Part shown: one piece after another, positions 15,101 through 21,165 of the stretch
How the letters are laid out: every line of letters starts with the position of its first letter
Numbering within the stretch: the stretch's first letter is position 1
From: Candidatus Thalassarchaeaceae archaeon
GTDB lineage: Archaea; Thermoplasmatota; Poseidoniia; Poseidoniales; Thalassarchaeaceae
Assembly (NCBI GenBank): GCA_045568075.1
Contig: JBJLBP010000001.1
Location: 1,170,001 to 1,202,000 of the forward strand
DNA length: 32,000 nucleotides
Reading direction: 5' to 3'
Made by a program: the position numbers and the translations under genes
Notes under the pieces: generated by a model
The model's input: the letters and a program-made list of their open reading frames with translations, nothing else
What the model was told of the DNA's origin: nothing
Database searches by the model: none

Positions 15101-18100
15101 GATCTATCCATGATACCTGTGCCGTTGCTCGACTGGAGAGTTCCACTGACATTGAACGACTCCCCTGCAACTGGATTATCAGTCACCTGAGATACATTGA
15201 GTACGGTTGGTGAACGAACGATAATCTGATTCATCACAGTGGTTGTCGAAAGCAATGTCGACGAGCCATTGAACATCAGGGTAATTCCGATTTGACCCAA
15301 TGGATGGTCATGAGGCACGTCGAATGAGAAATTCGCCATTCCATCTCCACCGGTCACGACTTCTCCTATCCACGTGTCATGGAATTTAGCCGCAACTGTC
15401 ATTCCACCCAATCGTTGATCGTTATCTGAATACTCAGTGAGGCGTGCTCCGAAGTTGACAGAAGAACCTCTATCCACAATGGTTTGGATAATCGGTGTTC
15501 TATCCATGAATCGCGTAACACCACGCACGAGAATCGAGGCGTTACCAGTGCCCGTAAGGTAGAACGGAGTAGTACCGTCAATCACGCTGACAACTACCGT
15601 CTTAGTGCCGCTAGAAATTCCATCGCCACGTGGATCGGTTGGTACGGATACAGTGAATGAACCGTTATTGGACGTAGTGTGGCTTGTAACCAGCGTCTCG
15701 CTCGTATCGTTTAGGAAGAAGACCTCGATTGCCATCGGTCCCTCAACGGATCTGTTAATGTCGAAGCCATCAAGAACGCGACCAGAGATTGTGAAGGCTT
15801 GTCCTGCAGTAACCTCTGCTGGAATTGAATCGATTGCAATCGAGCTGTCGACCTGAACTGTGAGATTGACGAAGGTCTCATTTCCAACCCATCGTCCTGC
15901 ATTTTCGACAGTCAGATTGTCGGTCAGATCATCAGGGGCATGGACTCTCAAATCGTAGAATCCAGGAGCGGTATTGGCGAGCAGAGTCGGATTAAACCTA
16001 GCAACTCCATCGACATCAGTCACCGTGCTATCGATAATTGTCTGATTCGCGCCACCCCAGTCGAGCCAAAGGTCGACATTGGCATCCGGAACTATTGAGT
16101 CGTCCGCCTTGTCAGTCACGGTGGCGTTGAGAATCAATGTTGTTCCCGCCACGACGATAATCGAGGAGGGTTCTGCCTCGACGACGAACTCGCTCTGTAC
16201 TCCAAGTGGGACACGAACAGAGTCGGTCACAGTAAAGTATGGTCCTGGAGGTGTTGCTCCGTTAGCGAAGTTGAGAACGAATCGCAACATGTAAACGGAC
16301 GACGGAAGATCTGCGGGTACTGTGAATGTGTAGTTGTATTCACCCGTAGTCTGATTTATCCATCCATCAGCCAATCGGATGATAATTGGAGGAGCAGGGC
16401 TCCCATCGGGACCGGGTGGCAAATCTGATGGTTGCTCGAGTTGAATCACAATAGATGAGTTATTACCGGTTATGGGAGTTAGATGAACAACATCTTGAGC
16501 AACTCCCGAGACCCAGTTTGTAGTTCCTCTCGGAGTCCAATCGGAGCCGAGGGTGACAGTGACATTTGCCCGTCCTTGAATACGAATCAGATCTTGCACT
16601 GTTGCTGGTCGGAGCCAAGTTGAGCCTGTGAAATTCATCTCCCAGGTGTAATCTCCGGCAAACATATTCCATTGTGGCATCCAAACCACCGTGTACCTAC
16701 CCGAGGAAGGATCCGTCGCATTCCACACCTGCGTGCCATTGAAATCAACCGTATACGAACCAGGGAAATCAGCTACAGAAGAGCCAGTGTGATCGTATAA
16801 TTGTACATCGATTGCGGCTTGATTTCCACGAGTGGTTGGATTCAGGATGTAATCGAATTGGACGTAAGATCGGATTCCATAAGTCGCAGGGAAATTCTCC
16901 TCATCGGCGGCGAAAAGGCCGTCTGCGGCATAAGTGAATTTTACTTCAATTTCGCCGGATGGCACCGTAACTGAAGATTCGTTGAATTCCCACGATAACG
17001 CGAATTGGCCGGGCGTCGAAGTCCAATTACTCTCATTTAGAGACCAAGTCGTTAGAGTAGTGTAGGGCCCGTTGGTTCCTGATCTGCGAACTTGGAAGGT
17101 CAGTGTGCCATTAAGTGACTCAGGTGCTGGTCCTCTACTTACTGCCGTCCCATTGATGAAGACGAGTTCGTTGATGTCAAGGATGCTGATGTTGGAATCA
17201 ATTCCCTCTAGGGTAACGGTGAGGTTCGGAGATGGTGTGATGTTGAAATTGAAGGAGGTTGTTGTTGGACGTAGATGATACTCTGGAATCGTGAGATTGT
17301 TATTGTCTTCTTGATGCCATCCAAGGAATGCGAGACTCGCATTGATTAATCCGAGAGGTTCACTCTCAGAAATTGGAACATTGAATTCGTAATAGCCACC
17401 TGAACCGACATCAGCGATAAGATTCACAGGTCCATCCTCGACTGTTGTATAGTTGAGAAGAACTTGGAGGGTATCGAGGAGAGCAGGATCAGTCTGTGGT
17501 GCATTGAACCATTCAAGCAAACCAGTAACGGTGGTATTCACCCCAGCGCCCAGCATAGGTTCAGTTGCTGGTTGAGGACTAGTAATCGAGAGATTGACAT
17601 CATCAGTGATGTTGATCAACCACGGGAATGAGATACCCTGTATGCCTACGTAACCCTGTGTGTGGGTTAGAACAACTAGAGACCCATATCCGGGTTTAAT
17701 CATCTCCGATGGGGCTCCATCGAATGAGAAGAAGCCACTTGCATTCGTTGTCACGGTGCCAATTAGGTGATTCGGAGTCGCAGCACCTCCAGGAACATTC
17801 GCCGTGTCATTCGAAGGAACCAGATAGAGATCGAGTGTTATTCCTTCGATAACGCTAGCATTACTTGAGAATTGAAGAGTACCATTCAGAGTTATGTTTC
17901 CAGAGGAGTAATCTCTCTCATAGGAGTCTGGTGACCACGTCTCATTGACGACCTCGACAACAGACATCTCAGGGCAAGCTTCGAATGGAACCCATCCGAG
18001 ATCTAGTTCACCTTGATTGGCATTGGTTTGGAGATGGACTTCAACCCACCATGAGAAGTCATGGCCATAGACTTGGAACCCATTGTCTACCCAAGTTCCT

Positions 18101-21090
18101 CCCGAGAATCCCGTGACCTTTCTAGTCGGCAAATCAAGTGCCCTGAGCAAAGCAGCGAATACGGTTGCGTACTCGTCACAATCACCCTCACGAACCTCCT
18201 CTAGAATCCACAAGGATGTGTCTGTCAGTAATTGTGTAGAAGCGGAGTCACTTCTATTCGAACCGGCGTGATTCCGTAAGAACGTCGTAGTGTTATTCCC
18301 ATTGATGAGGAATTGCTGAATCGCCACCACTTGATCCCAAGCTGAAGTCCATCCAGTCTCATTTACCACATCCCAGGCGATACGTGAGATATTCTCAGAC
18401 GACTCAATCTTTCCGAGATCCTTCGCATAGGAACTATTCTGGAATGCGGTAGTGTTGTCTCTAATGACATCGGTCATCGTAACCTGAGTCGCAGTAACAT
18501 AGAGATTGGTGACAGTCGAAGAATCGATGAGGACATCACGCGTGTAATTAGAGAAATTCATTCCCGCATCAACATCGATCCAATCTGTGTAATTGACCGC
18601 ATTGTAAGGCGCGATGAGTTCATCACCAGGGTAGAGAATCCCGTTATTTCGGTATTCTAACTGCCAACCATAGAGGGCCGAGTTATCCCAGAAGTCTTGG
18701 TCGGGGATCCCCTGCGTTGTTGACCAGCTAGGGTACATAGGTGTGTAACCGACTAGGCTAGTATTGACACCCCAAGAAACCCCCGTATACGCATCATAGG
18801 TATGCCATCGCCAGTAATGTGTGATGTTGTAATCAATGCCAGCAGATGTGTTCTCAGCGAAGAAGTACAACATATTCGTCTGAATATCATCCGACGGATC
18901 CCAGGGGTTCATTTGTGCATCCGCACAGTCATTATCCCAGAATGCAGGAGGACATTCGTCTCCATCCGGAATTCCACCACCATCGGTGTCGGGATCACGC
19001 CAATCTGTTCCGATCTCCTGCTCAATGGTGTCAGGTATTCCGTCTCCATCGCTATCCAACGGATTCATGTCGTCGTCTGGATTATTCTGTGGATTCGTAC
19101 CATCGAAATACTCCTGAAAGTCGGTTACTCCACCATTATCAGTGTCAGTATTATTCCACAGAGTAGTGTAGTTATCTTGTGTCATATTGCCTCCACCAAT
19201 GCCGAACATCAATGGACAGCCGGTATTATTCTCGAACCAATTGTTCAGACCATCGCCATCGAAATCAGCGAGATTGTTGCATGGTTCCATCGGGTCAGTT
19301 CCGTTGATTACTTCGTCGAGGTCGCTGACACTATCTCCATCAGAGTCAGTCATGTTAGGGAAGGAGATGAAACCCCAAGATCCTAGGGCTTCTTCCCAAT
19401 CAGCCAAGCCATCTCCGTCGCTATCCTTGTAATCGTCATCGCAATGGGCTTCATTGGCAGTTCCAAGAGCCGGGTCCCAGCACCATGAGCCATTCAAGAC
19501 AACGATGAATATCGCACTAGTCGGCATGTCATTATCCACACCTTTGAGCGTATCACCAAGGATTGACGAATAGGAAAACGGCATTCTGCTACCATTAGGT
19601 GACTCGAACCAAGCCATCGGTTCTCCATTCTGCCTCCAGTCGATTGGTGTGGGGTCCAATTTCGTAGTATTATTCACTGTCAGAGAGTTATCGGAGGGAT
19701 CCCAGACGACGATGTCTAGATACAATTCGTAAGTCGATTTACATGGGTCAGTTCCGTGGGCTGGAGTCAATTCGATGCCGTCATCGACACCTCCCCCATC
19801 TGTATCGGAATTATTCCATTGAGTACACGTCGCATTTTCTTCCCAATTTTGTATTCCGTCACCATCAAGGTCGCCAGCGTCCTCGATTCGCGTCGGATCG
19901 GTTTCATTGAGATCAACGATGCCATTGAAGTTCGTATCCTCCTCTCCATCATCGAATTGGTCGCCGTCAGTATTGTTGTTTCGCGGGTCGGAAGCCTGAG
20001 GCGGATTACCATAGGAACCGTTGACTTCGACGCCGTCTGGAATTCCATCTCCGTCGGTATCAATATGTGTCGGATCGGTCAGTAGTACCAAAGCCTCGTA
20101 AGAATCGTTCAGACCATCTCCATCGGTGTCGTTATTGTTAGGATCGGTGTAAGTTACTCCATCCACCTCGGCGGTGAATATCTGACATCCACCCGGTCCT
20201 ATATTCTGGACCGGATTACAAGGAGATTCAGTACTCGTCCTATTGTCAGGGCCAGGCCTCCAATATTGACGAGGTGGTTGGACCGAGCCATTACGAGTGC
20301 TCCATGCTGGATTGACATATTCGTAGAGATTCACCAATCCGTCGCCGTCAGGATCCCCACTTGTTCCATCATCTCCGGAATTCGATGTCGGGTCGAGATT
20401 GTTTGCAACCTCCCAACCGTCTGGCATTCCATCCCCATCGGTATCCCAGCCGTTCGGATCCTCGTCGGTTGAATTGTCGCCATCATCATCATCGGTAGCG
20501 CAATCGGCATCTCCATCAAAATCACCATCCCAATTGTCAACCAATCCATCATGGTCATCGTCGAAGTTATTGAAACAAAGATTGCCGACTGGATCTTCGT
20601 CAGCCCCATCAGAATTCAATCCTTGAATGAGTTGCATAGCACTCTCCTCATCCCAATTACTGACCGGAACCGTACCATTCCACCAGACGCCGTTATCCAA
20701 TTCGTTCGGTGTTGAGGCAGAATCCCAATTCGAAGGAATTCCGTATTGGTATTCATTCAGATTAGTCAGAGAGTCTCCATCCTGATCGCCTGTCGAGCCA
20801 TTGATTCCAGTCGCAGATAGAGGATCAAGTCCGTATTGCCACTCCCAGCCATCTGGAAGTCCATCGTTATCAGAATCCCAATCCTGCGGCTGAGTTCCGA
20901 TGTAATACTCTAGACCGTATGGCAATCCATCACCATCAGTATCTGTCGAACCCCTCACTTCCCAAGATGCAAATTCGATTGCGGAGTACGATGTTAACAA
21001 CATCAAGAGACTGAAGAGAATAGCTGAACGCTCCTTGCGTCGAGCGATTCGAGCATTATTTCCTCTCTCATCGACGTACAAGATGCACAC
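12151..21090 (-). CDS. Giant (2979-aa) type-I membrane surface protein: signal-anchor, about 19 thrombospondin-type-3-like Ca-binding motifs, transglutaminase-like core, 14 or more tandem Ig-like/CarboxypepD_reg-like domains, TM helix, DUF4129-like cytosolic tail
   Basis: Uninterrupted 8.9-kb ORF. DxDxDGxxDxxE motifs such as DTDGDGLPYGLE, DSDNDGLPDGWE and DTDGDGIPDGVE. TGase-like EGDCDEYATVFAALLRALDLPTRKVTGF...YGHDFSWWVEV...GWVPFEA. Repeated units of about 90-100 aa such as VDLWLDW...TVTDVDGVARF. TM FWQIIALIGAAIILGTVAGLALSL followed by RKRRQ. Tail LPISEQALVALDRIFEEARYSSHRL. The start is uncertain by a few codons (GTG 21090 or TTG 21081). Confidence 0.9.
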   Translation of the reverse strand: MCILYVDERGNNARIARRKERSAILFSLLMLLTSYSAIEFASWEVRGSTDTDGDGLPYGLEYYIGTQPQDWDSDNDGLPDGWEWQYGLDPLSATGINGSTGDQDGDSLTNLNEYQYGIPSNWDSASTPNELDNGVWWNGTVPVSNWDEESAMQLIQGLNSDGADEDPVGNLCFNNFDDDHDGLVDNWDGDFDGDADCATDDDDGDNSTDEDPNGWDTDGDGMPDGWEVANNLDPTSNSGDDGTSGDPDGDGLVNLYEYVNPAWSTRNGSVQPPRQYWRPGPDNRTSTESPCNPVQNIGPGGCQIFTAEVDGVTYTDPNNNDTDGDGLNDSYEALVLLTDPTHIDTDGDGIPDGVEVNGSYGNPPQASDPRNNNTDGDQFDDGEEDTNFNGIVDLNETDPTRIEDAGDLDGDGIQNWEENATCTQWNNSDTDGGGVDDGIELTPAHGTDPCKSTYELYLDIVVWDPSDNSLTVNNTTKLDPTPIDWRQNGEPMAWFESPNGSRMPFSYSSILGDTLKGVDNDMPTSAIFIVVLNGSWCWDPALGTANEAHCDDDYKDSDGDGLADWEEALGSWGFISFPNMTDSDGDSVSDLDEVINGTDPMEPCNNLADFDGDGLNNWFENNTGCPLMFGIGGGNMTQDNYTTLWNNTDTDNGGVTDFQEYFDGTNPQNNPDDDMNPLDSDGDGIPDTIEQEIGTDWRDPDTDGGGIPDGDECPPAFWDNDCADAQMNPWDPSDDIQTNMLYFFAENTSAGIDYNITHYWRWHTYDAYTGVSWGVNTSLVGYTPMYPSWSTTQGIPDQDFWDNSALYGWQLEYRNNGILYPGDELIAPYNAVNYTDWIDVDAGMNFSNYTRDVLIDSSTVTNLYVTATQVTMTDVIRDNTTAFQNSSYAKDLGKIESSENISRIAWDVVNETGWTSAWDQVVAIQQFLINGNNTTTFLRNHAGSNRSDSASTQLLTDTSLWILEEVREGDCDEYATVFAALLRALDLPTRKVTGFSGGTWVDNGFQVYGHDFSWWVEVHLQTNANQGELDLGWVPFEACPEMSVVEVVNETWSPDSYERDYSSGNITLNGTLQFSSNASVIEGITLDLYLVPSNDTANVPGGAATPNHLIGTVTTNASGFFSFDGAPSEMIKPGYGSLVVLTHTQGYVGIQGISFPWLINITDDVNLSITSPQPATEPMLGAGVNTTVTGLLEWFNAPQTDPALLDTLQVLLNYTTVEDGPVNLIADVGSGGYYEFNVPISESEPLGLINASLAFLGWHQEDNNNLTIPEYHLRPTTTSFNFNITPSPNLTVTLEGIDSNISILDINELVFINGTAVSRGPAPESLNGTLTFQVRRSGTNGPYTTLTTWSLNESNWTSTPGQFALSWEFNESSVTVPSGEIEVKFTYAADGLFAADEENFPATYGIRSYVQFDYILNPTTRGNQAAIDVQLYDHTGSSVADFPGSYTVDFNGTQVWNATDPSSGRYTVVWMPQWNMFAGDYTWEMNFTGSTWLRPATVQDLIRIQGRANVTVTLGSDWTPRGTTNWVSGVAQDVVHLTPITGNNSSIVIQLEQPSDLPPGPDGSPAPPIIIRLADGWINQTTGEYNYTFTVPADLPSSVYMLRFVLNFANGATPPGPYFTVTDSVRVPLGVQSEFVVEAEPSSIIVVAGTTLILNATVTDKADDSIVPDANVDLWLDWGGANQTIIDSTVTDVDGVARFNPTLLANTAPGFYDLRVHAPDDLTDNLTVENAGRWVGNETFVNLTVQVDSSIAIDSIPAEVTAGQAFTISGRVLDGFDINRSVEGPMAIEVFFLNDTSETLVTSHTTSNNGSFTVSVPTDPRGDGISSGTKTVVVSVIDGTTPFYLTGTGNASILVRGVTRFMDRTPIIQTIVDRGSSVNFGARLTEYSDNDQRLGGMTVAAKFHDTWIGEVVTGGDGMANFSFDVPHDHPLGQIGITLMFNGSSTLLSTTTVMNQIIVRSPTVLNVSQVTDNPVAGESFNVSGTLQSSNGTGIMDRSGSSIVAFLTFEIDGSDSGFQVVGGAVNPNGTWDAIVTLGLSFPRGTHNLTASYTPTVNYYGSSSGTGLFDSRGYSLITIVDPADLDPDRRVIRGDDVSVNISLIDNAGQLVSNANVDILVDGIYLQTIPTDVDGRASLTIPVDSLRIQGPMLITAEFAGINGTTGLEGDLTWTRVIVLAPTVLEITEMSGSMIAGESITFTGTLLDEHGQTLTDSGLVAGGIIHIWIDGVDVGSTYTTRSNASDGIWSVTYNLPLDSDYGAHTVTAKFLGGFTWVDPMGQGDSLNPEYYLPSSTTQVFNVTQTSQVVLTTPPGEVDRNELLLIEGMLTDGAGRTLGDRYLEVTMNNQFLTGLQVTANGTFSIYVPIPPDMELGPRLVKITFAGEEFILPSNSTTVFTVFGPAIVSLEPPAAHAVGDEMRLRGTVRDNLPQGWLANHSIEIFIDGTLIGITTTDENGDWAYNWVISDFLDVGFHTITVSAPAQGYHRPGSVDGNLTIAYHTGMNLQVDDVSVTRGEKWNFSGRLFDSDTPGAPGLVGREIVVTLDGEEIHRMTTGNDGNFMFDHSIGYLIARGGHDIRFTFEGQTFYLPVEYNMTVFARADVIIEVLWQTDIIIRSNDAYNIEVVGRIVEVGGEGNVIEEMDVVLVWNGAAESSTVMWDDSTGHFDLRSPARSTMPPGELSLSLAALADADRYLNAAEIEHIVNIRVPVTFTFSPDSQHIKEEQRRINGTVTVTATDTGLPVEGISIVARLVNSSMIHFQNVKLTDANGIMDYEFVISDQPSFYKTSRWGELSLIFQTDSQLISPADRFWLANEHGGIQMTYEDPAPLLTFWQIIALIGAAIILGTVAGLALSLRKRRQVAMDELAGIFSYTAELLAAGDEIREAIFNCYESLCNILMRHGFLRRDFETVREFEMAIRKALPISEQALVALDRIFEEARYSSHRLGDGHRQNAQHALSMVLQEIDDLQEVPERDSYDLAEAAA

Positions 21091-21165
21091 TCCCTACCGC
21101 CTACGGCGGTTCATACGGGTCTTAAGCGGAATGGAGCGCCGTTCGGACGTTGCTCAGGTGTACAC

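Noticed and set aside
18802-19386. 194-aa ORF on the + strand, plus several other 60-110-aa + strand ORFs inside the giant gene
   Set aside because: They lie entirely antisense to an uninterrupted 8.9-kb ORF with clear domain content. Their translations are low-complexity (I/V/R/S-rich) and carry no motifs. They are best explained by the codon bias of the Asp/Gly/Asn-rich TSP3 region.
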